From Mobula hypostoma (lineage: Eukaryota): 64,000 nucleotides of DNA. Position 1 is the stretch's first letter, and each line of letters begins with the position of its first letter. Below the pieces are notes generated by a model. It saw nothing but the letters and a program-made list of their open reading frames with translations, was not told the origin of the DNA and searched no databases. The stretch is taken from contig NC_086108.1 in NCBI RefSeq assembly GCF_963921235.1, forward strand, positions 35,404,001 to 35,468,000, given 5' to 3'. The position numbers were made by a program, and so were the translations under genes. Positions 15,001 through 30,000 of the stretch are shown in pieces.

Positions 15001-18000
15001 CTCACCATCAGCCTACCATGCTCCCCACGGAACAATACAGTGATCACCATCAGTCTCCCGTCCATCCCACGGAACAATACAGTGATCACCATCAGCCTAC
15101 CGTAGTCCCTTCAGTATAATTCAGTGCTCACCATCACCCTACCATATTCTCTTCAAGACAATACAGCTTTCACCATCAGCCTATCATCCTCCCTTCAGTA
15201 CAATACAGTGCTCACCATCAGACTACCGTTCTCCCTTCAGTACAATACAGTGCTCACCATCAACCTACCGTCCTCCCTTCAGTACAATACAGTGCTCACC
15301 ATCAGCCTACCGTCCTCCCTTCAGTACAATACAGTGCTCACCATCAGCTTACCATCCTCCCTTCAGTACAATCCTGTGCTCACTTTCAGAGTACCGACCT
15401 CCCTTCAGTACAATACAGCACTCACCATCAGCCTACCGTCCTCCCTTCAATACAATACAGTGCTCACTATCAGCCTACCGTCCTCCCTTCAGTACAATAC
15501 AGTGCTGACCATCAGCCTACCGTCCTCCGTTCAGTACAATACAGCACTCACCATCAGCCTACCGTCCTCTCTTCAGTACAATACAGCACTCACCATCAGC
15601 CTACCGTCCTCACTTCAGTACAATACAGTGCTCACCATCAGCCTACCGTCCTCCCTTCAGTACAATACAGCACTCACCATCAGCCTATTGTCCTCCCTTC
15701 AGGACAATACAGTGCTCACCATCAGCCTACCGTCCTCCCTTCAGTACAATCCTGTGCACTTTCAGACTACCGTCCTCCCTTCAGTACAATACAGCACTCA
15801 CCATCAGCCTACCGTCCTCTCTTCAGTACAATACAGCACTCACCATCAGCCTACCGTCCCCCCTTCAATACAATACAGTGCTCACAATCAGCCTACCGTC
15901 CTCCCTTCAGTACAATACAGTGCTCACCATCAGCCTACCATCCTCCGTTCAGTACAATACAGCACTCACCATCAGCCTACCGTCCTCTCTTCAGTACAAT
16001 ACAGCACTCACCATCAGCCTATTGTCCTCCCTTCAGTACAATACAGTGCTCACCATCAGCCTACCGTCCTCACTTCAGTACAATACAGTGATCACTATCA
16101 GCTTACCGTCATCCCTTCAGTACGATACAGTGCTCGCCATCAGCCTACCGTCCTCCCTTCAGTACAATACACTGCGCACCATCAGCCTACCGTCCTCCCT
16201 TCAGTACAATACTATGCTCACTATCAGACTACCGTCCTCCCTTCAGTACAATAATGTGCTCACTATCAGACTACCGTCCTCCCTTCAGTAAAATACAGTA
16301 CTCACCATGAGACTACCGTACTCCCTTCAGTACAATACTGTGCTCACTATCAGACTACCGTCCTCCCTTCAGTACAATACAGCACTCACCATCAGCCTAC
16401 CGTCCTCCCTTCAGTACAATACAGTGCTCACCATCAGCCTACCGTCCTCCCTTCAGTACAATACTGTGCTCACTATCAGACTACCATCCTCCCTTCAGTA
16501 CAATACAGTGCTCACCATCAGACTACCGTTCTCCCTTCAGTACAATACAGTGCTCACCATCAGCCTACCGTCCTCCCTTCAGTACAATACAGTGCTCACC
16601 ATCAGCTTACCATCCTCCCTTCAGTACAATCCTGTGCTCACTTTCAGACTACCGTCCTCCCTTCAGTACAATACAGCACTCACCATCAGCCTACCGTCCT
16701 CCCTTCAATACAATACAGTGCTCACTATCAGCCTACCGTCCTCCCTTCAGTACAATACAGCACTCACCATCAGCCTACCGTCCTCTCTTCAGTACAATAC
16801 AGCACTCACCATCAGCCTATTGTCCTCCCTTCAGTACAATACAGTGCTCACCATCAGCCTACCGTCCTCCCTTCAGTACAATCCTGTGCACTTTCAGACT
16901 ACCGTCCTCCCTTCAGTACAATACAGCACTCACCATCAACCTACCGTCCTCTCTTCAGTACAATACAGCACTCACCATCAGCCTACCGTCCTCCCTTCAA
17001 TACAATACAGTGCTCACAATCAGCCTACCGTCCTCCCTTCAGTACAATACCGTGCTCACCATCAGCCTACCATCCTCCGTTCAGTACAATACAGCACTCA
17101 CCATCAGCCTACCGTCCTCTCTTCAGTATAATACAGCACTCACCATCAGCCTATTGTCCTCCCTTCAGTACAATACAGTGCTCACCATCAGCCTACCGTG
17201 CTCCCCACGGAACAATACAGTGATCACCATCAGTCTACCGTCCATCCCACGGAACAATACAGTGATCACCATCAGCCTACCGTAGTCCCTTCAGTATAAT
17301 TCAGTGCTCACCATCACCCTACCGTATTCTCTTCAATACAATACAGCTATCACCATCAGCCTATCATCCTCCCTTCAGTACAATACAGTGCTCACCATCA
17401 GTCTACCGTCCTCACTTCAATACAATACAGTGATCACTATCAGCTTACCGTCCTCCCTTCAGTACGATACAGTGCTCGCCATCAGCCTACCGTCCTCTCT
17501 TCAGTACAATACAGCACTCACCATCAGCCTATTGTCCTCCCTTCAGTACAATACAGTGCTCACCATCAGCCTACCGTCCTCCCTTCAGTACAATCCTGTG
17601 CACTTTCAGACTACCGTCCTCCCTTCAGTACAATACAGCACTCACCATCAACCTACCGTCCTCTCTTCAGTACAATACAGCACTCACCATCAGCCTACCG
17701 TCCTCCCTTCAATACAATACAGTGCTCACAATCAGCCTAACGTCCTCCCTTCAGTACAATACCGTGCTCACCATCAGCCTACCATCCTCCGTTCAGTACA
17801 ATACAGCACTCACCATCAGCCTACCGTCCTCTCTTCAGTATAATACAGCACTCACCATCAGCCTATTGTCCTCCCTTCAGTACAATACAGTGCTCACCAT
17901 CAGCCTACCGTGCTCCCCACGGAACAATACAGTGATCACCATCAGTCTACCGTCCATCCCACGGAACAATACAGTGATCACCATCAGCCTACCGTAGTCC

Positions 18001-21000
18001 CTTCAGTATAATTCAGTGCTCACCATCACCCTACCGTATTCTCTTCAATACAATACAGCTATCACCATCAGCCTATCATCCTCCCTTCAGTACAATACAG
18101 TGCTCACCATCAGTCTACCGTCCTCACTTCAATACAATACAGTGATCACTATCAGCTTACCGTCCTCCCTTCAGTACGATACAGTGCTCGCCATCAGCCT
18201 ACCGTCCTCCCTTCAGTACAATACACAGCTCACCATCAGCCTACCGTCCTCCCTTCAGTACGATACAGTGCTCACCATCAGCCTACCGTCCGCCCTTCAG
18301 TACAATACTATGCTCACGATCAGACTACCGTCCTCCCTTCAGTACAATACTGTGCTCACTATCAGACTACCATCCTCCCTTCAGTAAAATACAGTCCTCA
18401 CCATGAGACTACCGTACTCCCTTCAGTACAATACTGTGCTCACTATCAGACTACCGTCCTCCCTTCAGTACAATACAACACTCACCATCAGCCTACCGTC
18501 CTCCCTTCAGTATAATACAGTGCTCACCATCAGCCTACCGTCCTCCCTTCAGTACAATACTGTGCTCACTATCAGACTACCATCCTCCCTTCAGTACAAT
18601 ACAGTACTCACCATCAGACTACCGTTCTCACTTCAGTACAATACACTGCTCACCATCAGCCTACCGTCCTCCCTTCAGTACAATACAGTGCTCACCATCA
18701 GCCTACCGTCCTCCCTTCAGTACAATACAGTGCTCACCATCAGCCTACCGTCCTCCCTTCAGTACAATACAGCACTCACCATCAGCCTATTGTCCTCCCT
18801 TCAGTACAATACAGTGCTCACCATCAGCCTACCGTCCTCCCTTCAGTACAATCCTGTGCACTTTCAGACTACCGTCCTCCCTTCAGTACAATACAGCACT
18901 CACCATCAGCCTACCGTCCTCTCTTCAGTACAATACAGCACTCACCATCAGCCTATTGTCCTCCCTTCAGTACAATACAGTGCTCACCATCAGCCTACCG
19001 TCCTCCCTTCAGTACAATCCTGTGCACTTTCAGACTACCGTCCTCCCTTCAGTACAATACAGCACTCACCATCAGCCTACCGTCCTCCCTTCAACACAAT
19101 ACAGTGCTCACTATCAGCCTACCGTCCTCCCTTCAGTACAATACAGTGCTCACCATCAGCCTACCGTCCTCACTTCAGTACAATACAGTGCTCACCATCA
19201 GCCTACCGTCCTCTCTTCAGTACAATACAGCACTCACCATCAGCCTATTGTCCTCCCTTCAGTACAATACAGTGCTCACCATCAGCCTACCGTCCTCCCT
19301 TCAGTACAATACAATGCTCACTATCAGACTACCGTCCTCCCTTCAGTACAATAATGTGCTCACTATCAGACTACCGTCTTCCCTTCAGTAAAATACAGTA
19401 CTCACCATGAGACTACCGTACTCGCTTCAGAACAATACTGTGCTCACTATCAGACTACCATCCTCCCTTCAGTACAATACAGCACTCACCATCAGACTAC
19501 CGTTCTCCCTTCAGTACAATACAGTGCTCACCATCAGCCTACCGTCCTCCCTTCAGTACAATACAGTGCTCACCATCAGCCTACCGTCCTCCCTTCAGTA
19601 CAATACAGTGCTCACCATCAGCCTACCGTACTCCCTTCAGTACAATACAGTGCTCACCATCAGCCTAGCGTCCTCCCTTCAATACAATACAGTGCTCACT
19701 ATCAGCCTACCGTCCTCCCTTCAGTACAATACAGTGCTCACCATCAGCCTACCGTCCTCCCTTCAGTACAATACAGCACTCGCCATCAGCCTACCGTCCT
19801 CTGTTCAGTACAATACAGCACTCACCATCAGCCTATTGTCCTCCCTTCAATACAATACAGTGCTCACCATCAGCCTACCGTCCTCACTTCAGTACAATAC
19901 AGTGCTCACCATCAGCCTACCGTCCTCTCTTCAGTACAATACAGCACTCACCATCAGCCTATTGTCCTCCCTTCAGTACAATGCAGTGCTCACCATCAGC
20001 CTACCGTCCTCCCTTCAGTACAATCCTGTGCACTTTCAGACTACCGTCCTCCCTTCAGTACAATACAGCACTCACCATCAGCCTATTGTCCTCCCTTCAG
20101 TACGATACAGTGCTCACCATCAGCCTACCGTCCTCCCTTCAGTACAATACAGTGCTCACCATCAGCCTACCGTCCTCCCTTCAGTACAATACAGTGCTCA
20201 CCATCAGCCTACCGTCCTCCCTTCAGTACAATACTATGCTCACTATCAGACTACCATCCTCCCTTCAGTACAATAATGTGCTCACTATCAGACTACCGTC
20301 CTCCCTTCAGTAAAATACAGTACTCACCATGAGACTACCGTACTCCCTTCAGTACAATACTGTGCTCACTATCAGACTACCGTCCTCCCTTCAGTACAAT
20401 ACAGCACTCACCATCAGCCTACCGTCCTCCCTTCAGTACAATACAGTGCTCACCATCAGCCTACCGTCCTCCCTTCAGTACAATACTGTGCTCACTATCA
20501 GACTACCATCCTCCCTTCAGTACAATACAGTGCTCACCATCAGACTACCGTTCTCCCTTCAGTACAATACAGTGCTCACCATCAGCCTACCGTCCTCCCT
20601 TCAGTACAATACAGCACTCACCATCAGCCTACCGTCCTCACTTCAGTACAATACACTGCTCACCATCAGCCTACCGTCCTCCCTTCAGTACAATCCTGTG
20701 CTCACTTTCAGACTACCGTCCTCCCTTCAGTACAATACAGCACTCACCATCAGCCTACCGTCCTCCCTTCAGTACAATACAGTGCTCACCATCAGACTAC
20801 CGTTCTCCCTTCAGTACAATACAGTGCTCACCATCAGCCTACCGTCCTCCCTTCAGTACAATACAGCACTCACCATCAGCCTACCGTCCTCACTTCAGTA
20901 CAATACACTGCTCACCATCAGCCTACCGTCCTCCCTTCAGTACAATCCTGTGCACTTTCAGACTACCGTCCTCCCTTCAGTACAATACAGCACTCACCAT

Positions 21001-24000
21001 CAGCCTACCGTCCTCCCTTCAGTACAATACAGTGCTCACCATCAGCCTACCGTCCTCCGTTCAGTACAATACAGCACTCGCCATCAGCCTACCGTCCTCT
21101 CTTCAGTACAATACAGCACTCACCATCAGCCTATTGTCCTCCCTTCAATACAATACAGTGCTCACCATCAGCCTACCGTCCTCACTTCAGTACAATACAG
21201 TGCTCACCATCAGCCTACCGTCCTCTCTTCAGTACAATACAGCACTCACCATCAGCCTATTGTCCTCCCTTCAGTACAATGCAGTGCTCACCATCAGCCT
21301 ACCGTCCTCCCTTCAGTACAATCCTGTGCACTTTCAGACTACCGTCCTCCCTTCAGTACAATACAGCACTCACCATCAGCCTATTGTCCTCCCTTCAGTA
21401 CGATACAGTGCTCGCCATCAGCCTACCGTCCTCCCTTCAGTACAATACACTGCTCACCATCAGCCTACCGTCCTCCCTTCAGTACGATACAGTGCTCACC
21501 ATCAGCCTACCGTCCTCCCTTCAGTACAATACTATGCTCACTATCAGACTACCATCCTCCCTTCAGTACAATAATGTGCTCACTATCAGACTACCGTCCT
21601 CCCTTCAGTAAAATACAGTACTCACCATGAGACTACCGTACTCCCTTCAGTACAATACTGTGCTCACTATCAGACTACCGTCCTCCCTTCAGTACAATAC
21701 AGCACTCACCATCAGCCTACCGTCCTCCCTTCAGTACAATACAGTGCTCACCATCAGCCTACCGTCCTCCCTTCAGTACAATACTGTGCTCACTATCAGA
21801 CTACCATCCTCCCTTCAGTACAATACAGTGCTCACCATCAGACTACCGTTCTCCCTTCAGTACAATACAGTGCTCACCATCAGCCTACCGTCCTCCCTTC
21901 AGTACAATACAGCACTCACCATCAGCCTACCGTCCTCACTTCAGTACAATACAGTGCTCACCATCAGCCTACCGTCCTCCCTTCAGTACAATACAGTGCT
22001 CACCATCAGCCTACCGTCCTCCCTTCAGTACAATACAGCACTCACCATTAGCCTATTGTCCTCCCTTCAGGACAATACAGTGCTCACCATCAGCCTACCG
22101 TCCTCCCTTCAGTACAATCCTGTGCACTTTCAGACTACCGTCCTCCCTTCAGTACAATACAGCACTCACCATCAGCCTACCGTCCTCTCTTCAGTACAAT
22201 ACAGCACTCACCATCAGCCTACCGTCCTCCCTTCAATACAATACAGTGCTCACAATCAGCCTACCGTCCTCCCTTCAGTACAATACAGCACTCACCATCA
22301 GCCTATTGTCCTCCCTTCAATACAATACAGTGCTCACCATCAGCCTACCGTCCTCACTTCAGTACAATACAGTGCTCACCATCAGCCTACCGTCCTCTCT
22401 TCAGTACAATACAGCACTCACCATCAGCCTATTGTCCTCCCTTCAGTACAATGCAGTGCTCACCATCAGCCTACCGTCCTCCCTTCAGTACAATCCTGTG
22501 CACTTTCAGACTACCATCCTCCCTTCAGTACAATACAGCACTCACCATCAGCCTATTGTCCTCCCTTCAGTACGATACAGTGCTCACCATCAGCCTACCG
22601 TCCTCCCTTCAGTACAATACAGTGCTCACCATCAGCCTACCGTCCTCCCTTCAGTACAATACAGTGCTCACCATCAGCCTACCGTCCTCCCTTCAGTACA
22701 ATACTATGCTCACTATCAGACTACCATCCTCCCTTCAGTACAATAATGTGCTCACTATCAGACTACCGTCCTCCCTTCAGTAAAATACAGTACTCACCAT
22801 GAGACTACCGTACTCCCTTCAGTACAATACTGTGCTCACTATCAGACTACCGTCCTCCCTTCAGTACAATACAGCACTCACCATCAGCCTACCGTCCTCC
22901 CTTCAGTACAATACAGTGCTCACCATCAGCCTACCGTCCTCCCTTCAGTACAATACTGTGCTCACTATCAGACTACCATCCTCCCTTCAGTACAATACAG
23001 TGCTCACCATCAGACTACCGTCCTCCCTTCAGTACAATACAGTGCTCACCATCAGCCTACCGTCCTCCCTTCAGTACAATACAGTGCTCACCATCAGCCT
23101 ACCGTCCTCCCTTCAGTACAATACAGTGCTCACCATCAGCTTACCATCCTCCCTTCAGTACAATCCTGTGCTCACTTTCAGAGTACCGACCTCCCTTCAG
23201 TACAATACAGCACTCACCATCAGCCTACCGTCCTCCCTTCAATACAATACAGTGCTCACTATCAGCCTACCGTCCTCCCTTCAGTACAATACAGTGCTCA
23301 CCATCAGCCTACCGTCCTCCGTTCAGTACAATACAGCACTCACCATCAGCCTACCGTCCTCTCTTCAGTACAATACAGCACTCACCATCAGCCTACCGTC
23401 CTCCCTTCAGTACAATACAGTGCTCACCATCAGCCTACCGTCCTCCCTTCAGTACAATACAGTGCTCACCATCAGCCTACCGTCCTCCCTTCAGTACAAT
23501 ACAGCACTCACCATCAGCCTATTGTCCTCCCTTCAGGACAATACAGTGCTCACCATCAGCCTACCGTCCTCCCTTCAGTACAATCCTGTGCACTTTCAGA
23601 CTACCATCCTCCCTTCAGTACAATACAGTGCTCACCATCAGTCTACCGTCCTCACTTCAATACAATACAGTGATCACTATCAGCTTACCGTCCTCCCTTC
23701 AGTACGATACAGTGCTCGCCATCAGCCTACCGTCCTCCCTTCAGTACAATACACAGCTCACCATCAGCCTACCGTCCTCCCTTCAGTACGATACAGTGCT
23801 CACCATCAGCCTACCGTCCGCCCTTCAGTACAATACTATGCTCACGATCAGACTACCGTCCTCCCTTCAGTACAATACAACACTCACCATCAGCCTACCG
23901 TCCTCCCTTCAGTATAATACAGTGCTCACCATCAGCCTACCGTCCTCCCTTCAGTACAATACTGTGCTCACTATCAGACTACCATCCTCCCTTCAGTACA

Positions 24001-27000
24001 ATACAGTACTCACCATCAGACTACCGTTCTCACTTCAGTACAATACACTGCTCACCATCAGCCTACCGTCCTCCCTTCAGTACAATACAGTGCTCACCAT
24101 CAGCCTACCGTCCTCCCTTCAGTACAATACAGTGCTCACCATCAGCCTACCGTCCTCCCTTCAGTACAATACAGCACTCACCATCAGCCTATTGTCCTCC
24201 CTTCAGTACAATACAGTGCTCACCATCAGCCTACCGTCCTCCCTTCAGTACAATCCTGTGCACTTTCAGACTACCGTCCTCCCTTCAGTACAATACAGTG
24301 CTCACCATCAGCCTACCGTCCTCCGTTCAGTACAATACAGCACTCGCCATCAGCCTACCGTCCTCTCTTCAGTACAATACAGCACTCACCATCAGCCTAT
24401 TGTCCTCCCTTCAATACAATACAGTGCTCACCATCAGCCTACCGTCCTCCCTTCAGTACAATACAGCACTCACCATCAGCCTACCGTCCTCCCTTCAACA
24501 CAATACAGTGCTCACTATCAGCCTACCATCCTCCCTTCAGTACAATACAGTGCTCACCATCAGCCTACCGTCCTCACTTCAGTACAATACAGTGCTCACC
24601 ATCAGCCTACCGTCCTCTCTTCAGTACAATACAGCACTCACCATCAGCCTATTGTCCTCCCTTCAGTACAATACAGTGCTCACCATCAGCCTACCGTCCT
24701 CCCTTCAGTACAATACTATGCTCACTATCAGACTACCGTCCTCCCTTCAGTACAATAATGTGCTCACTATCAGACTACCGTCTTCCCTTCAGTAAAATAC
24801 AGTACTCACCATGAGACTACCGTACTCGCTTCAGAACAATACTGTGCTCACTATCAGACTACCATCCTCCCTTCAGTACAATACAGCACTCACCATCAGA
24901 CTACCGTTCTCCCTTCAGTACAATACAGTGCTCACCATCAGCCTACCGTCCTCCCTTCAGTACAATACAGTGCTCACCATCAGCCTACCGTCCTCCCTTC
25001 AGTACAATACAGTGCTCACCATCAGCCTACCGTACTCCCTTCAGTACAATACAGTGCTCACCATCAGCCTACCGTCCTCCCTTCAGTACAATACAGTGCT
25101 CACTATCAGCCTACCGTCCTCCCTTCAGTACAATACAGTGCTCACCATCAGCCTACCGTCCTCCCTTCAGTACAATACAGTGCTCACCATCAGCCTACCG
25201 TCCTCCCTTCAATACAATACAGTGCTCACTATCAGCCTACCGTCCTCCCTTCAGTACAATACAGTGCTCACCATCAGCCTACCGTCCTCCGTTCAGTACA
25301 ATACAGCACTCGCCATCAGCCTACCGTCCTCTCTTCAGTACAATACAGCACTCACCATCAGCCTATTGTCCTCCCTTCAATACAATACAGTGCTCACCAT
25401 CAGCCTACCGTCCTCCCTTCAGTACAATACAGCACTCACCATCAGCCTACCGTCCTCCCTTCAACACAATACAGTGCTCACTATCAGCCTACCGCCCTCC
25501 CTTCAGTACAATACAGTGCTCACCATCAGACTACCGTCCTCACTTCAGTACAATACAGTGCTCACCATCAGCCTACCGTCCTCTCTTCAGTACAATACAG
25601 CACTCACCATCAGCCTATTGTCCTCCCTTCAGTACAATACAGTGCTCACCATCAGCCTACCGTCCTCCCTTCAGTACAATACTATGCTCACTATCAGACT
25701 ACCGTCCTCCCTTCAGTACAATAATGTGCTCACTATCAGACTACCGTCTTCCCTTCAGTAAAATACAGTACTCACCATGAGACTACCGTACTCGCTTCAG
25801 AACAATACTGTGCTCACTATCAGACTACCATCCTCCCTTCAGTACAATACAGCACTCACCATCAGACTACCGTTCTCCCTTCAGTACAATACAGTGCTCA
25901 CCATCAGCCTACCGTCCTCCCTTCAGTACAATACAGTGCTCACCATCAGCCTACCGTCCTCCCTTCAGTACAATACAGTGCTCACCATCAGCCTACCGTA
26001 CTCCCTTCAGTACAATACAGTGCTCACCATCAGCCTACCGTCCTCCCTTCAATACAATACAGTGCTCACTATCAGCCTACCGTCCTCCCTTCAGTACAAT
26101 ACAGTGCTCACCATCAGCCTACCGTCCTCCGTTCAGTACAATACAGCACTCACCATCAGCCTACCGTCCTCTCTTCAGTACAATACAGCACTCACCATCA
26201 GCCTATTGTCCTCCCTTCAGTACAATACAGTGCTCACCATCAGCCTACCGTCCTCCCTTCAGTACAATACAGCACTCACCATCAGCCTACCGTCCTCCCT
26301 TCAACACAATACAGTGCTCACTATCAGCCTACCGTCCTCCCTTCAGTACAATACAGTGCTCACCATCAGCCTACCGTCCTCACTTCAGTACAATACAGTG
26401 CTCACCATCAGCCTACCGTCCTCTCTTCAGTACAATACAGCACTCACCATCAGCCTATTGTCCTCCCTTCAGTACAATACAGTGCTCACCATCAGCCTAC
26501 CGTCCTCCCTTCAGTACAATACTATGCTCACTATCAGACTACCGTCCTCCCTTCAGTACAATAATGTGCTCACTATCAGACTACCGTCTTCCCTTCAGTA
26601 AAATACAGTACTCACCATGAGACTACCGTACTCGCTTCAGAACAATACTGTGCTCACTATCAGACTACCATCCTCCCTTCAGTACAATACAGCACTCACC
26701 ATCAGACTACCGTTCTCCCTTCAGTACAATACAGTGCTCACCATCAGCCTACCGTCCTCCCTTCAGTACAATACAGTGCTCACCATCAGCCTACCGTCCT
26801 CCCTTCAGTACAATACAGTGCTCACCATCAGCCTACCGTACTCCCTTCAGTACAATACAGTGCTCACCATCAGCCTAGCGTCCTCCCTTCAATACAATAC
26901 AGTGCTCACTATCAGCCTACCGTCCTCCCTTCAGTACAATACAGTGCTCACCATCAGCCTGCCGTCCTCCGTTCAGTACAATACAGCACTCGCCATCAGC

Positions 27001-30000
27001 CTACCGTCCTCTCTTCAGTACAATACAGCACTCACCATCAGCCTATTGTCCTCCCTTCAATACAATACAGTGCTCACCATCAGCCTACCGTCCTCACTTC
27101 AGTACAATACAGTGCTCACCATCAGCCTACCGTCCTCTCTTCAGTACAATACAGCACTCACCATCAGCCTATTGTCCTCCCTTCAGTACAATGCAGTGCT
27201 CACCATCAGCCTACCGTCCTCCCTTCAGTACAATCCTGTGCACTTTCAGACTACCGTCCTCCCTTCAGTACAATACAGCACTCACCATCAGCCTACCGTC
27301 CTCCCTTCAATACAATACAGTGCTCACTATCAGCCTACCGTCCTCACTTCAGTACAATACAGTGCTCACCTTCAGCCTACCGTCCTCTCTTCAGTACAAT
27401 ACAGCACTCACCATCAGCCTACCGTCCTCCCTTCAGTACAATACAGTGCTCACCATCAGCCTACTGTCCTCACTTCAGTACGATACAGTGCTCGCCATCA
27501 GCCTACCGTCCTCCCTTCAGTACAATACAGTGCTCACTATCAGCCTACCGTCCTCCCTTCAGTACGATACAGTGCTCGCCATCAGCCTACCGTCCTCCCT
27601 TCAGTACAATACAGTGCTCACTATCAGACTAACGTCCTCCCTTCAGTACAATACAGTGCTCACCATCAGCCTACTGTCCTCTCTTCAGTACAATACAGTG
27701 CTCACTATCAGCCTACCGTCCGCACTTCAGTACAATACAGTGCTCACCATCAGCCTAACGTCCATCCCACGGAACAATACAGTGATCACCATCAGCCTAC
27801 CGAATGTCCCTTCACTGTAATTCAGTGCTCACCATCACCCTACCATATTCTCTTCAGTACAATACAGCTCTCACCATCAGCCTACTGTCCTTCCCACAGT
27901 AGAATACAGCTTTCACCATCAGCCTATCATCCTCCCTTCAGTACAATACAGTGCTCAATATCAGCCTACCGTCCTCCCTTCAGTACAATACAGTGCTCAC
28001 CATCAGACTACCGTTCTCTCTTCAGTACAATACAGTGCTCACAATCAGCCTACCGTCCTCCCTTCAGTACAATATAGTGCTCACCATCAGCCTACCGTCC
28101 TCCCTTCAGTACAATACAGCACTCACCATCAGCCTACCGTCCTCCCTTCAACACAATACAGTGCTCACTATCAGCCTACCGTCCTCCCTTCAGTACAATA
28201 CAGTGCTCACCATCAGCCTACCGTCCTCACTTCAGTACAATACAGTGCTCACCATCAGCCTACCGTCCTCTCTTCAGTACAATACAGCGCTCACCATCAG
28301 CCTATTGTCCTCCCTTCAGTACAATACAGTGCTCACCATCAGCCTACCGTCCTCCCTTCAGTACAATACTATGCTCACTATCAGACTACCGTCCTCCCTT
28401 CAGTACAATAATGTGCTCACTATCAGACTACCGTCTTCCCTTCAGTAAAATACAGTACTCACCATGAGACTACCGTACTCGCTTCAGAACAATACTGTGC
28501 TCACTATCAGACTACCATCCTCCCTTCAGTACAATACAGCACACACCATCAGACTACCGTTCTCCCTTCAGTACAATACAGTGCTCACCATCAGCCTACC
28601 GTCCTCCCTTCAGTACAATACAGTGCTCACCATCAGCCTACCGTCCTCTCTTCAGTACAATACAGTGCTCACTATCAGCCTACCGTCCTCACTTCAGTAC
28701 AATACAGTGCTCACCATCAGCCTAACGTCCATCCCACGGAACAATACAGTGATCACCATCAGCCTACCGAAAGTCCCTTCAGTGTAATTCAGTGCTCACC
28801 ATCACCCTACCGTATTCTCTTCAGTACAATACAGCTCTCACCATCAGCCTACTGTCCTTCCCACAGTAGAATACAGCTTTCACCATCAGCCTATCATCCT
28901 CCCTTCAGTACAATACAGTGCTCAATATCAGCCTACCGTCCTCCCTTCAGTACAATACAGTGCTCACCATCAGACTACCGTTCTCTCTTCAGTACAATAC
29001 AGTGCTCACAATCAGCCTACCGTCCTCCCTTCAGTACAATACAGTGCTCACCATCAGCCTACCGTCCTCCCTTCAGTACAATACAGCACTCACCATCAGC
29101 CTACCGTCCTCCCTTCAACACAATACAGTGCTCACTATCAGCCTACCGTCCTCCCTTCAGTACAATACAGTGCTCACCATCAGCCTACCGTCCTCACTTC
29201 AGTACAATACAGTGCTCACCATCAGCCTACCGTCCTCTCTTCAGTACAATACAGCACTCACCATCAGCCTATTGTCCTCCCTTCAGTACAATACAGTGCT
29301 CACCATCAGCCTACCGTCCTCCCTTCAGTACAATACTATGCTCACTATCAGACTACCGTCCTCCCTTCAGTACAATAATGTGCTCACTATCAGACTACCG
29401 TCTTCCCTTCAGTAAAATACAGTACTCACCATGAGACTACCGTACTCGCTTCAGAACAATACTGTGCTCACTATCAGACTACCATCCTCCCTTCAGTACA
29501 ATACAGCACTCACCATCAGACTACCGTTCTCCCTTCAGTACAATACAGTGCTCACCATCAGCCTACCGTCCTCCCTTCAGTACAATACAGTGCTCACCAT
29601 CAGCCTACCGTCCTCCCTTCAGTACAATACAGTGCTCACCATCAGCCTACCGTCCTCCCTTCAGTACAATACAGTGCTCACCATCAGCCTACCGTCCTCC
29701 CTTCAATACAATACAGTGCTCACTATCAGCCTACCGTCCTCCCTTCAGTACAATACAGTGCTCACCATCAGCCTACCGTCCTCCGTTCAGTACAATACAG
29801 CACTCACCATCAGCCTACCGTCCTCTCTTCAGTACAATACAGCACTCACCATCAGCCTATTGTCCTCCCTTCAGTACAATACAGTGCTCACCATCAGCCT
29901 ACCGTCCTCACTTCAGTACAATACAGTGCTCACCATCAGCCTACCGTCCTCTCTTCAGTACAATACAGCACTCACCATCAGCCTATTGTCCTCCCTTCAG